From a virus (taxonomy: Duplodnaviria; Caudoviricetes), in the IMG/VR virus record IMGVR_UViG_3300023199_000165, positions 1-54,675 of that record: DNA of 54,675 nucleotides; one strand, written 5' to 3'. The notes under the pieces are model-generated. The model did not search any database. It was given only the letters and a program-made list of their open reading frames with translations, and had not been told where the DNA came from. Position numbers and translations under genes: made by a program. Of the stretch, positions 8,801 to 17,829 are shown one piece after another. The number at the start of each line of letters is the position of its first letter. Position 1 is the stretch's first letter.

Positions 8801-10594
8801 CAACTTAGACATAAACTCTTGTTCTTGCCTTTCGGCTTCACCTTCTCCTAGATGAGGATTAGAGAGAATATCTTCTTGCGTCCTTGTTTTCCCTATATGA
8901 CCGCCTTCGTGAGCTATTGTTTCCATTATCGCACGGATAATAGCTAATTGAATATCTCTTTCTGCTCTTCCAGTCAGATGTTGTTTAACATTATTAACGA
9001 TACGATCTTTGAAAATATGAACTTCTCTGGGGTCCTTTCCTGGACCCATTTCAACGTGTCCAAGCTGTCCAGAACCTCCACCTTGATGAACTACAACTTT
9101 TGTTACATTATTAAGCAGTGCTGGATCATATGTTTTCACTCCAACAACTGCCTGTTGTACTAAATTATCTAAAGGTTCAATAACCACATTTGGACTTTGC
9201 GGAATAGGCTTTAAACCTGGAGCATTTATATTGGGGCTTGGAGCAAGGGCTCTTTTGCTTAATGGCTTTTTACCTATTTTAATATTCGCAAAATTTTCTC
9301 CTGCCATTTGGATACGAACAGTATCTGCTTTCCACTCATATTTTTTATCCTTAAAGTCTAAAAATTCAGGCTTATCTTGTGAAAATCCTACAGTCATATG
9401 TGGAACCCATCCGTATTGCGACGGCAAATCAACTAAATTACTCACTACAGTTTCCAATTCTGTCTGTAAAGCACTTAAGCCTTTCGCATTTGGGACTAAG
9501 TAGATAGGAAAGCCATCCTCGCCTGCGTGGAAAAATCCTGATCCAGCAATGCTCATTTTAAGAGGCTCGTGTTTAGAACAAACCTTTTCAACGGCTTTTT
9601 TTATAGCTTCTCTGGTAATTTTATTTAAATCTTTAGCTTCTCCAAGATACAATAAAGTTAAGTGTAGTCCATCAGTAGAAACTGACTCTTCATCAATTAA
9701 ACCTGCTTTTGTTAATCGTTTTAAAATATTATCAGGAAGCATTAACGCAACCATCGCACCCGTATGCTTTTCTTTTTTAGCTTCTGTAATAAAACTTGCC
9801 CTTTTGCTTAAAGGATAAATAGCGGACGCAAGAGTGCCTATTCTACCGTCTTTTAGGTAGTCAGGTTCAAGTGTAGGTATAAGATATTGGTTTTTAAGAG
9901 TTCCAGGCTCGTGCCCAACTTCGGCAGCAGCCAATTCAAGAGCAGATTTAAACTCTTCTTTGAGCTTCTTATCTCTCTCTTTTTCACCCTTTGGTGGAAG
10001 TTTGCCTTTACGCACTTGCTTTAATGCTTTTCGCATTTCTTCATTCGCGTGAAGACCACGAATGTCTTTTGCGGTAATTTTGAATTTTTTTAGATAGGCG
10101 TTAATATTATCAGCGTTAATTGAATAATCATCACCTTTAAATACTTTATCATTCGGCCTTTTGTCTTTTAACAACTCTTTTAAAACTTTTAAAGTTCCTT
10201 TTTCACTAACTGTTTTTTTTTGTTTTACGCCAGATTTACCAACATATTTAATTGTAGCCTTTCCGTCTCTTATAGTGAAATGTTTTTTCATCCAAGTAGT
10301 GACGCCATAATGCTTTAAATTTCGTGCGGACGCAGAATTACCTACTCGCTCATAAGTTTCATCTATGAGTGCTACAGCTAAAGCAGTGTATTTAGTTTTC
10401 AAATCGCCACTTTGTAAATCTTTTCTTATTTGAGAACGCAATTTAGATAAAGATTTAGATAAAGATTTAATTCTTTTCATCTTTTTCTTGTTTCTATTTT
10501 CTATATGTTTTTTGCTGTAAACATAAGTTATATTTCCACTTTCTTCTTTACGCTTCTCAACATAATTTTTAGCTTCACGAATAGATAAAATCAA
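5849..10594 (-). CDS. 1581-aa multidomain polyprotein: DNA topoisomerase IB / 2H phosphoesterase (2'-5' RNA ligase-like) / HExxH zincin-like / unknown domains / C-terminal peptidoglycan-binding-like
   Basis: Topo IB catalytic set ERVGN, VGKSG, KDIR, VGH, NQYL. Two 2H motifs, LHLTL and PHMTV. TIAHEGGH..EGEAE. C-terminal WQLQRHLNPTGKLDIPTIEAL. Domains are separated by LSKRA/LSKRS/YSKTA. Confidence 0.8.
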   Translation of the reverse strand: MILSIREAKNYVEKRKEESGNITYVYSKKHIENRNKKKMKRIKSLSKSLSKLRSQIRKDLQSGDLKTKYTALAVALIDETYERVGNSASARNLKHYGVTTWMKKHFTIRDGKATIKYVGKSGVKQKKTVSEKGTLKVLKELLKDKRPNDKVFKGDDYSINADNINAYLKKFKITAKDIRGLHANEEMRKALKQVRKGKLPPKGEKERDKKLKEEFKSALELAAAEVGHEPGTLKNQYLIPTLEPDYLKDGRIGTLASAIYPLSKRASFITEAKKEKHTGAMVALMLPDNILKRLTKAGLIDEESVSTDGLHLTLLYLGEAKDLNKITREAIKKAVEKVCSKHEPLKMSIAGSGFFHAGEDGFPIYLVPNAKGLSALQTELETVVSNLVDLPSQYGWVPHMTVGFSQDKPEFLDFKDKKYEWKADTVRIQMAGENFANIKIGKKPLSKRALAPSPNINAPGLKPIPQSPNVVIEPLDNLVQQAVVGVKTYDPALLNNVTKVVVHQGGGSGQLGHVEMGPGKDPREVHIFKDRIVNNVKQHLTGRAERDIQLAIIRAIMETIAHEGGHIGKTRTQEDILSNPHLGEGEAERQEQEFMSKLPKISSSCLYSKTAMNIDGFWVNTETGEVIDVPSGSSHYQELAKKLNEFLTPEQAKVMNENEFTFIEYNTTDPIKKKIEKEILDVWSRVSIMGNQYGIDLPDKTPFSIKAVQNALMSRNAPINGLAVIKTDDGTTEASIKDFLAIDKWEDLNYIGFFQKNVYGSLSKRSENYIQDKETAKYMALDHPFEFFQKNKDYEHPDFTEDALNSILNKYRRDQDIYMVFNTLKLHEKYPDFGKQYAKSIYPIDFFSNHLYNYYYDIGFNKAQELLNKNSREFFYFNLNKIYPNINTDKFSKIFTDDIIKRLANEETVEFSFKMTKLLITRIFSTHPNLREKFNSYLNKYEYVYDIYIDNTSYNTSKVSFRIKERFIDYENVEGNWIHIINTNRLTDEDLYNVKNNFKQILTKFSNLNEEICVSKNEDFLFQQSRKIFLGLVFSGPVVSFSESDNSSFVDKITGKRISNTGDSGSLRTEGWLNPSDPEVELIGVISNRKEFLAQAEELGLITINAKDRKSFLPSNYQYEEYEDEEYEDEYLVYYDKAEELGYKDASLSKRAEGIEDIMSVFSYQDNDFKWSIIRTEKTRTKEFVVANMAFKDETNSIRNVKVILSYANFSGIYHIAVSSDVFEIIEKLKKDFDMWRSNNKQDGHPVNTWHLRTEDRATVSDLINSIPLYVNAFISGDIENTKSNPFGTEEELGSLIPNYILNKLSFQRLSGNIWKNRYVAEVGNKSTGDKLTVHLMINENKEYAEFFGKVELYIVFNDKTNIYKFKLPEEKAQFNQAIVNIANLADKISSDVIKKPFESRLDQTTASLLQASTVLSDIRDKFLPNKPMTEPNLKFVANVLLNNEKEMLKEGITLLCSDKIVSAFNAIEEATIHNASLSNNTKSFIKTANKDFLKLDPNSREFAIELSKWQLQRHLNPTGKLDIPTIEALKKERKSTPLTVTPSDKPFATTMESYEPWHAEIGNNPMGIMSVPLPLGGGGR

Positions 10595-10929
10595 ATTCCT
10601 TCTCCTGGAGAACTTAATAGCCTCGCCAATTCAATTAAAACCTGCTGAATAAAAGCCGGATTTAGCCCGCTCAGCAGGTTTTTTGTTAAACCAACGGATT
10701 GTCCAATCACTGAAGAGGGGGGCATTGTTTTACTACCAACTTCCCCTGGGTTAATTCGTATAATTTTGCCTTTAATGCGAGCTAAAAAGCGACTTCTGTC
10801 CTCTCTCGGCACCCGATAAAATACAAACTGCATTATTTTCAATATACTTTCCGCAGTTCTTCTGGCAGCAATATCCTTATTGTAAACCTCTGCCCTTTTA
10901 GAGATTGGAAGGTCTCTAATAGACAACAT
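10591..10929 (-). CDS. Hypothetical protein with N-terminal LSIR..ISKRA leader
   Basis: 112-aa ORF overlapping the downstream start (ATGA). Confidence 0.7.
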   Translation of the reverse strand: MLSIRDLPISKRAEVYNKDIAARRTAESILKIMQFVFYRVPREDRSRFLARIKGKIIRINPGEVGSKTMPPSSVIGQSVGLTKNLLSGLNPAFIQQVLIELARLLSSPGEGI

Positions 10930-10937
10930 AATTCACC

Positions 10938-11300
10938 TTATTTACAGTATTTTTTAGGCAATGCTTTACAAGCTGCTCTTAAAGCCTTGTTCTCAGGATC
11001 CTTTTGTCCCTTCTCTTTGACTTTTTTAAGAGTTTCTTTATAAGTCTGCTTAAACTTATTAAGAGTTCTTGCGGGACAATTCATCTTTTTAAGATGTCTT
11101 AGCCACTGAGCATAAGTTTTTAAAGGAACTTTAGCCGCTTCACGAATAATTCCGTCAAGCTTGTTAGCTGCTTCAAAATACCCCTTTTTGTCAAAAGCAT
11201 CAGCAATGTCTGCTAATTTTTCCAAATCATTTTTATCATTGCTTTTTAGAATATCTAAAAGCTTAACTCTTGCCTCTTTTGATAATTTATCAAAACTCAT
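10938..11300 (-). CDS. Basic hypothetical protein with helical tag motif
   Basis: LADIADAFDKKGYFEAANKLDGII. Confidence 0.7.
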   Translation of the reverse strand: MSFDKLSKEARVKLLDILKSNDKNDLEKLADIADAFDKKGYFEAANKLDGIIREAAKVPLKTYAQWLRHLKKMNCPARTLNKFKQTYKETLKKVKEKGQKDPENKALRAACKALPKKYCK

Positions 11301-11788
11301 TTTTGTTCTCCTTTATTAAAATAATCCCACCAATTTTTAAATTCTCTTGGAGGACTTATGGCTGAGGTTAATATAAACCCAGATTTTAATATATTTTCGA
11401 ATTCTTTCATTTTTGAATATTCAAAGTTGTTTTCATCAATAATTCCAACTAAATATTTTTGTTTGAGCAGTTTAGCCATTTTATATGCTTTTTCAGCAGA
11501 TATTTTATACCTATGTTTAGTTGAACATTTACTAAATTTTTTAAATTCTAAGATTTTTGGAAGCAACTCATCAATATTATCTGCCATTTCATATTCGCCA
11601 TTTTTATCTAGAATATCTGCTATTTGTCTTAACTCAACTGTAGCTTTTTTAATATTTTCCTTAAACATATGCTCCATACAAGTTGTTAAAGCATCAGCTA
11701 AATATATATTACCAGTCTTATCCATTTTATCAATTATAGAAAGTAATTTTTTAACTATTTGTTTTTGTTCTAATAAATTAGTTTTCAT
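11297..11788 (-). CDS. Hypothetical protein with two helical tag motifs
   Basis: LLSIIDKMDKTGNIYLADAL and LRQIADILDKNGEYEMADNIDELL. Confidence 0.7.
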   Translation of the reverse strand: MKTNLLEQKQIVKKLLSIIDKMDKTGNIYLADALTTCMEHMFKENIKKATVELRQIADILDKNGEYEMADNIDELLPKILEFKKFSKCSTKHRYKISAEKAYKMAKLLKQKYLVGIIDENNFEYSKMKEFENILKSGFILTSAISPPREFKNWWDYFNKGEQK

Positions 11789-12093
11789 TTTCTAGTTGCT
11801 CTCTTATTCACAGCTGTCGGTCTGCGAGTTATAGATGTGAAAACAGCCTGATAATATTCAAAATCTGGTTGCCAAAAAAGAGAAATAGCATCTCCATTTA
11901 TATATAAAGTCCCATTGTCAGGAATTTCAAAAACAATTATATTGTCCTCTACTTCTTTTACAAATCCACGAAAATACTCCTTATTTGCCGCCCACGATTC
12001 AGAATAAGTCAAGGTTTCAGCTTCCTCTCCTAAATAAATACATAATTCTTGATCTATAAAGCGATTTTTAATAAAATTGGCAGAACCCATCAT
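11785..12093 (-). CDS. Small beta-rich protein, possibly Sm/LSm-like fold
   Basis: FRGFVKEVEDNIIVF..LYINGDAISLF pattern; AAGGAG SD. The fold call is weak. Confidence 0.5.
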   Translation of the reverse strand: MMGSANFIKNRFIDQELCIYLGEEAETLTYSESWAANKEYFRGFVKEVEDNIIVFEIPDNGTLYINGDAISLFWQPDFEYYQAVFTSITRRPTAVNKRATRK

Positions 12094-12119
12094 AACTCCT
12101 TAATTTTAATATTCTATTA

Positions 12120-15100
12120 TTAATAGTCTCTAAATGATAGAATATAATTGGATTTCTTAATTTGACCTTGAGATAAATACTCTTCCAGCCTTTTTAAGGC
12201 TTCAGAAGGGTCGGAAGTTTCAGAAGATATTTTCTCTGTCCTCTCTAGCACCATTTTCCAAAACTCTGGATCTGGATTGTCTTCACTACTCAGAACCAGT
12301 CTGCCAAACTTTTCGAAGAATTTTTCCTTATCATTGTCGCTTCTTACCTCGTGCATCATTCTAATAGGTTTCCACCTGTAATCTCCAGGTATTATATATG
12401 CCTGAACTAATAAATACTCTCCATCATATAAAGTAGTATCTTCTTTATTAAACTTTAATGTATGATAATTATAGTCTATAATCTCATCAACCTTATTATC
12501 TTTCTCCTTTAAAATTTTAAATTTTATTTCCTCAGGAACTGCTACCTCTCCATTTAAAATTCTAGGATATTTTTCTTTTATATTAATAACTTCTTCTGGA
12601 TTTAGTTTCCAAGCACCAAGAACTTTCATTATTCTTGGTTTTTTAGAAGAATTTTTTCTTAGAGGCTTGCCATCTTTATTTAATTTTAATTTAAGATTAC
12701 AGCTAGCGTGGAAATCATCTCCATTTTTAACTTTAGTTATAAAAAATGTCCCTTCCTCACCATTTGATGGAATTCCATCAGTTTTTTCATTAACTAAAAA
12801 TGAATTTAATCCATAAATTTGAAATCCATTTTTTACTCGTAGCATTCTATCTAACCAAGAGCGAAGCAAAGGTATATAGAAATCTGCTCTATTTTCCTTA
12901 GTTGAGCGTTTTATTTTTTTCTTTCTTTTAATAACCATTCCATCTTTTTCAATTTTTTCATAATATGAATATTTTGAAAGCCAAGCAATGAATAGGTCTC
13001 TATTTTTTTCTGAAAAATCTTTTATCTCATCATACAGAGCCATAAGTCTTAAATTACTTTGATGTTTTTTTGAATATTTAATTTTAGAAACATCTTGCCC
13101 AGAGTTAATCATTTCAGCTAAAACTGAAGAGAATTTTTTTGTTAGACGTCTGTGCTTAATATCCAAAATACTTTTAGCATATTCGGCATATTTATCATAA
13201 AGAATATCTAGATGCTGATCTGCCTCTTGTTCAGACTTATCTGATACTCCAGGAACTCCTTCATCTATTACAGATGGCTGAGAAATCCAAATTGATCTCA
13301 TATAAGGATCCCATATTAGCCCGCCTCTACCCATAGGTCCTTTGCCCCAAGCCTCTCTTGGCGTAAATCTAGAACCATCGTGTGGACAGATAAAAGGAAC
13401 GTCCCATATTGCTTTAGCAGGAAGTCTTCTTTTATTATCTGGCACGTCATCAGCCTCACTGCCTTTCCCCTGCCAAGGAGGAACAATATCATACTCTTTT
13501 TTAAAATATCTTAAAGCCTTTTTTCCTGCCTCAGTATCCCAAAAGCTTTGTCTTTTTTCCTCACTCCAGTCTATGGAGTTTAGAGGAATTTTTTGTCCCG
13601 GACAATTTTCATTAATACATATTAAATGTAATGTTGGAACACCAGTCTGATTTGAAAATAGTTTATAATCTTTTTCTACTTCAGATATTTCATTTTTAAG
13701 CATCTCGTTACGAATTAATAGCTCGTCTTTATATTTCTTTTTAGTATATAGCCTTTGTAGGTGCCTATTTTCCTGTTCCTCATCCTCTGAAATAGATAGT
13801 CTTTTATTTAATCCATTAATTACATTATCAACCTGGGCAATTTCCATTCTCAATCGCTTGTGATTTGATTTTAGATCTGAAAGTTTGCTTTCTGCCGTTT
13901 CCGCATATTTTTTACAATTTGGGCAAGACCAAGTGTTTTTAGACTTACTATCTTTTTCCATTATATTTGAAAAGGCGCCCTTTGCTGCTTTTGCTCTACA
14001 TATAGAACATTCTGGCAAACGCTTTTCAATTAAATCTCTTTCTTTAGCAATAACTTTAGTCATAGAGTTATTTAAAGCCTTATATAAATAATTCGGCAAT
14101 AAATACTGGTGCTTTTTATTTTCATCACTAAGATAAGTATTTAAAATGTCTGCGAAAAAAGTTAAAGCATATTTTTTATAAGTTAGAGCTGATGGCAAGT
14201 TTCTTATATTATGATTATCTAGTCGCTTTTGTAATAAATTGTTTTCTTTTTCTAATTGAGCAATAACTTTTTTGTTGGGGCTTTTCTTAGATTTTTCTCT
14301 TTGTAATTTGGACCCAATATTTTCTAAAGCAATTTGAAGCTCTTCTCTTATTTCTTTAAATCTATCATATTCATTTGGCTCAAGCATTGTAAATACACCA
14401 CGAGCCATTGTTCCAGCAATATTGTTATTTAGCCATCTCTTTGCGATATTAATTGTTAAAGAAGGATATATCCAATTTTTAAGAATTTCGTCTCTATTTT
14501 CTTCTTCATCTAGTATTTGCCAAGTATCTGGTTTAGCAAAAACTCTTGTTGTCGCATAACCATCTTTAAAATTTTCTACAGAAAAAAGCTCTTTCGCTTT
14601 ATCAGACATTTCTGGCATAATTATATCATCAGCAGAAGGCCAGTCTTCATAAGGCTCAAAAGAAAATCCATATATAGTTTTTCTATTTTGAAGTTTTAAA
14701 ATTTTGGTCATAGTTTCGTGGGGAGTTTCTTCTCCATCCACTATCTTTTTTTTTAAATTTTTTAAATCATTAGATGAAAGTTTTAGAGAGTCTGGTTCCG
14801 CTTCTGTAAGTTCTTTAAAATCCTCAGCATCTTCAACTGTGTCAAAATCACTTACATCTTCAAGAGTACTAGCCTCATTTACTTTTTTTTTTATATTTTT
14901 ATTTCCTTGTGAAGTAAATTTTTTTTCTATCTCTTTAAGTCTAGATTCTTGAGTTTTAAGTTCTGAGTCTATTTCATTATGCCATTTCCTAACGTCTTCT
15001 TCTGAAATTTTATCTTTTCCAGAAATCATTTCTTTTCCAATTGATTTTGAAAATTCATCAGCTCGCTGACTATCTTCTAAACTCAACTTTCCTTCTCCAC

Positions 15101-17813
15101 TTTCGCCAAATAATGAAATAGCATCTTCATAATTAACTTTGTCTGTATATACAATCCTGCCTTTGATAATGTTTCTAATTATAGCAATTCTATCTAGCCT
15201 TTCTTTTAACTTATCCTTTTTAACTATAATTTCCTGTAAAGTTTTTTTGTATTCGTCTAAACTATCTTTTTCCTCTATAACTTCTTCTTCATTTTCCTCT
15301 GGAACTTCTTCTTCATTTTCCTCTGGAACTTCTTCTTTAGTTTCCTCTGGAACTTCTTCTTTAGTTTCCTCTGGAGATTTTGATTCTTCATCTGAAATCC
15401 CCAACATAGAAAATAAATCAGAACTATCTTCATCTTCTTCATCTTCTTCAATATTTTTTAAATCTGAAAGCATTTTTTGAAGTTCAGTATCGCCACTATC
15501 TCCCTTTACATCAGGATCCATTAAATCTTTAAAAGAATCAACAGATTTCTTTTTTTCTTCAATAATTTCCTCAGGAACACTTACATCAGGCTTTGTCTCT
15601 TCTTTTTCTGGCAAAGGAGAAACTATTTTTCTTCTTTTTGGTTTCTTCTCCACAATTGGCTCTTTTTTCTTTTCTTCAACAGGTTCCTCATCAACAACAA
15701 TTTCTTCAGGAGATAATACCTCATCGCCCCAATCTAAGCCTTGCTGCCTAAGCCATTCATCTCCTGGATCGTTTTCATTAGAAACTTCCTCTGATTTAAG
15801 CCTCTCATATTCTTCTGGATTTTCAAATTTAATTCTTTGTAGATTTGGATCATCTTCCAATTCATCCGCAAATTTCCACAGCTCTTTTAAATCCATAGCA
15901 TATGATACTTTATCCTTAATCTCTGAAACAAGTATTTCTGCTAAATGTTCTGGCTCAACATTATATCCAGTAATTAATTCATCATCTTTTTCAAAAGGAA
16001 CCTCTCTTGAAGCAGTTTTGTAAGATGAAAATTTATCATTAATTGCCTCATTTGTCATAATGGCAATTGGACAAATTGAGTTAGATATAATATCTCTAAT
16101 GCTATTTAAAAAAGTTATATCATTACCAACAATATAAATTCCATTATAACCATTGTTGCTATATAGATCATTAGACATATTTATAATATTGCCATTTTCG
16201 GAAATAGCACTTGAATTTATTGAAGCGGTAGATACTGATATATTATTTCTCTCAAAAGCATCTTTTGCTTTAAAGTATTCTTTATCATTGAACACTGGTG
16301 GTACGATCATTAAAACTTTTTTCATAGCTCTAGAGGAAAGGAAATCATCATCAACTGCGTTATAAGAATAAGGTTCGGTAGGAGCAACCGCCTGATATGG
16401 CGATTGTCTTATTACGCCTCCCTCACCTAATGGATGAGGATCAGTTCCGTGCCGATTTCCAAAATCATTGTTATTATAAACATCATCAACTTTTTGGTCA
16501 TTTGCTAAATCAAACCTTATAATATAAAACTTATGATCATCGCCAAACCTTTGTTCCAAACCATCGGCTGTTCTATCACCATAGGCTTTTCTAATTCTAT
16601 CTGTATTCATAACTGACTTATCAATTATTTTAAGATTAAAAGGATGGGCTCCGCCATATGTTTTACACCTAACAACTTCATTTACATTAACAGGAACATC
16701 ATTTGCTCTAATTGTGTATCGACGTTTCCCTGAACGAATATCTTCAACATATTGCGATGGAAAAAATAGCGTTCCAGGCTCATTAAAATTAGCTCGTTTT
16801 GATAACAAAGAAGCAGTTGTTGGCTTGGGTATAGAATTCCAATTTTCTATAACCCATTCACTAATGATTTTCGTATTATAAGACCAAAACTCATCTTCAG
16901 TTATTTTTTGACCCAATTGTTCCTCATACTCTGCCCAAGCAGTATCTCTTAATCCCTTATCATATTTAAAAATACTGCGTAGCTTATTAACGGTGTCATT
17001 TAAAACAGCAATAAACTCTTCTCGCTTTATTCCTTTTAAATCATATTGGACTTCTTCGGTTATAGGATGTTGTGAAAATTCAGTTCTTGCCTCTTCAAAA
17101 TCTGTTTGATCAGGAGAAAATTCAATTACCCCTTCTTGAAAAGTTTCATCAGCCCTTTTGCTTAAAGAAAACTCATAAGATGTTTCACTAGATTTTAGAA
17201 TTTTTTGAATAGTTCTTAATCTTTTTAAAGAACTACTCTCATAGGCTCCTGGAGAAGCCGTATACCACCCATCTCTTCCAAGCTGACGGAAAAACATAGG
17301 ATCTCCAGACAGAAGTAGGGCTCTGCTTTTGGCATATCTTTTTCTACTTAGTACTTGTAAAACTCCTCTTACTCCATCAACAAAAGATCTATATGCTCTA
17401 AAATAACGTGGGCGCCTCTCTATACACTTTCCTTTAGGACACTTGTTTGAAGGTTTTAGCCCTTTGCGACAAGGAACGCATTCATCAGATAGGACTGATG
17501 TATAATATCTTCTTTTTTTCCAACCATCACCAGCTTTTATTCCAGCAAGGTTATAGTTCATTACTCTCTTGCCCCACCCAGTCTCGTGAGCGGTAAAGGC
17601 TGTTATTAATTTGGCAGAAGCAGGAGATAATCCAAATTTAATGGCGGCATTATAAACCTTTATAGTGAAATCTTCCTTTCCTTTAAAAGAATTCCACGAT
17701 AAACTAATGCGATTCTTCGTCCCACCTTTGTTCTTATATAATAATTTTAGAATTTCTTCTAATTTGCCCCCGTTTTTTACCAAAACTTCGGCTATTTTGT
17801 CAATAAATAACAC
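12120..17813 (-). CDS. 1897-aa multidomain polyprotein: GH73 (FlgJ/glucosaminidase-like) peptidoglycan hydrolase / acidic domain / ASCH-like / DJ-1(PfpI)-like / acidic coiled coil with Zn ribbons
   Basis: AHETGWG..NYNLAGIKA..FRAY..GWYT (GH73). LFFPSQYVEDIRSGKRRYTIR (ASCH). MKKVLMIVPPVFNDKEY..YNGIYIVG (DJ-1-like). CSIC/CPNC/CINENC/CPHD. Junctions are LSKRA, LSKRA and LSSRA. Confidence 0.75.
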   Translation of the reverse strand: MLFIDKIAEVLVKNGGKLEEILKLLYKNKGGTKNRISLSWNSFKGKEDFTIKVYNAAIKFGLSPASAKLITAFTAHETGWGKRVMNYNLAGIKAGDGWKKRRYYTSVLSDECVPCRKGLKPSNKCPKGKCIERRPRYFRAYRSFVDGVRGVLQVLSRKRYAKSRALLLSGDPMFFRQLGRDGWYTASPGAYESSSLKRLRTIQKILKSSETSYEFSLSKRADETFQEGVIEFSPDQTDFEEARTEFSQHPITEEVQYDLKGIKREEFIAVLNDTVNKLRSIFKYDKGLRDTAWAEYEEQLGQKITEDEFWSYNTKIISEWVIENWNSIPKPTTASLLSKRANFNEPGTLFFPSQYVEDIRSGKRRYTIRANDVPVNVNEVVRCKTYGGAHPFNLKIIDKSVMNTDRIRKAYGDRTADGLEQRFGDDHKFYIIRFDLANDQKVDDVYNNNDFGNRHGTDPHPLGEGGVIRQSPYQAVAPTEPYSYNAVDDDFLSSRAMKKVLMIVPPVFNDKEYFKAKDAFERNNISVSTASINSSAISENGNIINMSNDLYSNNGYNGIYIVGNDITFLNSIRDIISNSICPIAIMTNEAINDKFSSYKTASREVPFEKDDELITGYNVEPEHLAEILVSEIKDKVSYAMDLKELWKFADELEDDPNLQRIKFENPEEYERLKSEEVSNENDPGDEWLRQQGLDWGDEVLSPEEIVVDEEPVEEKKKEPIVEKKPKRRKIVSPLPEKEETKPDVSVPEEIIEEKKKSVDSFKDLMDPDVKGDSGDTELQKMLSDLKNIEEDEEDEDSSDLFSMLGISDEESKSPEETKEEVPEETKEEVPEENEEEVPEENEEEVIEEKDSLDEYKKTLQEIIVKKDKLKERLDRIAIIRNIIKGRIVYTDKVNYEDAISLFGESGEGKLSLEDSQRADEFSKSIGKEMISGKDKISEEDVRKWHNEIDSELKTQESRLKEIEKKFTSQGNKNIKKKVNEASTLEDVSDFDTVEDAEDFKELTEAEPDSLKLSSNDLKNLKKKIVDGEETPHETMTKILKLQNRKTIYGFSFEPYEDWPSADDIIMPEMSDKAKELFSVENFKDGYATTRVFAKPDTWQILDEEENRDEILKNWIYPSLTINIAKRWLNNNIAGTMARGVFTMLEPNEYDRFKEIREELQIALENIGSKLQREKSKKSPNKKVIAQLEKENNLLQKRLDNHNIRNLPSALTYKKYALTFFADILNTYLSDENKKHQYLLPNYLYKALNNSMTKVIAKERDLIEKRLPECSICRAKAAKGAFSNIMEKDSKSKNTWSCPNCKKYAETAESKLSDLKSNHKRLRMEIAQVDNVINGLNKRLSISEDEEQENRHLQRLYTKKKYKDELLIRNEMLKNEISEVEKDYKLFSNQTGVPTLHLICINENCPGQKIPLNSIDWSEEKRQSFWDTEAGKKALRYFKKEYDIVPPWQGKGSEADDVPDNKRRLPAKAIWDVPFICPHDGSRFTPREAWGKGPMGRGGLIWDPYMRSIWISQPSVIDEGVPGVSDKSEQEADQHLDILYDKYAEYAKSILDIKHRRLTKKFSSVLAEMINSGQDVSKIKYSKKHQSNLRLMALYDEIKDFSEKNRDLFIAWLSKYSYYEKIEKDGMVIKRKKKIKRSTKENRADFYIPLLRSWLDRMLRVKNGFQIYGLNSFLVNEKTDGIPSNGEEGTFFITKVKNGDDFHASCNLKLKLNKDGKPLRKNSSKKPRIMKVLGAWKLNPEEVINIKEKYPRILNGEVAVPEEIKFKILKEKDNKVDEIIDYNYHTLKFNKEDTTLYDGEYLLVQAYIIPGDYRWKPIRMMHEVRSDNDKEKFFEKFGRLVLSSEDNPDPEFWKMVLERTEKISSETSDPSEALKRLEEYLSQGQIKKSNYILSFRDY
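15279..15374. repeat. 24-bp tandem repeat x4 encoding PEE(T/N)(K/E)EEV
   Basis: AACTTCTTCTT(CAT/TAG)TTTCCTCTGG units at 15279, 15303, 15327 and 15351. Confidence 0.9.
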
Positions 17814-17829
17814 TATTATATCTCCCCAT

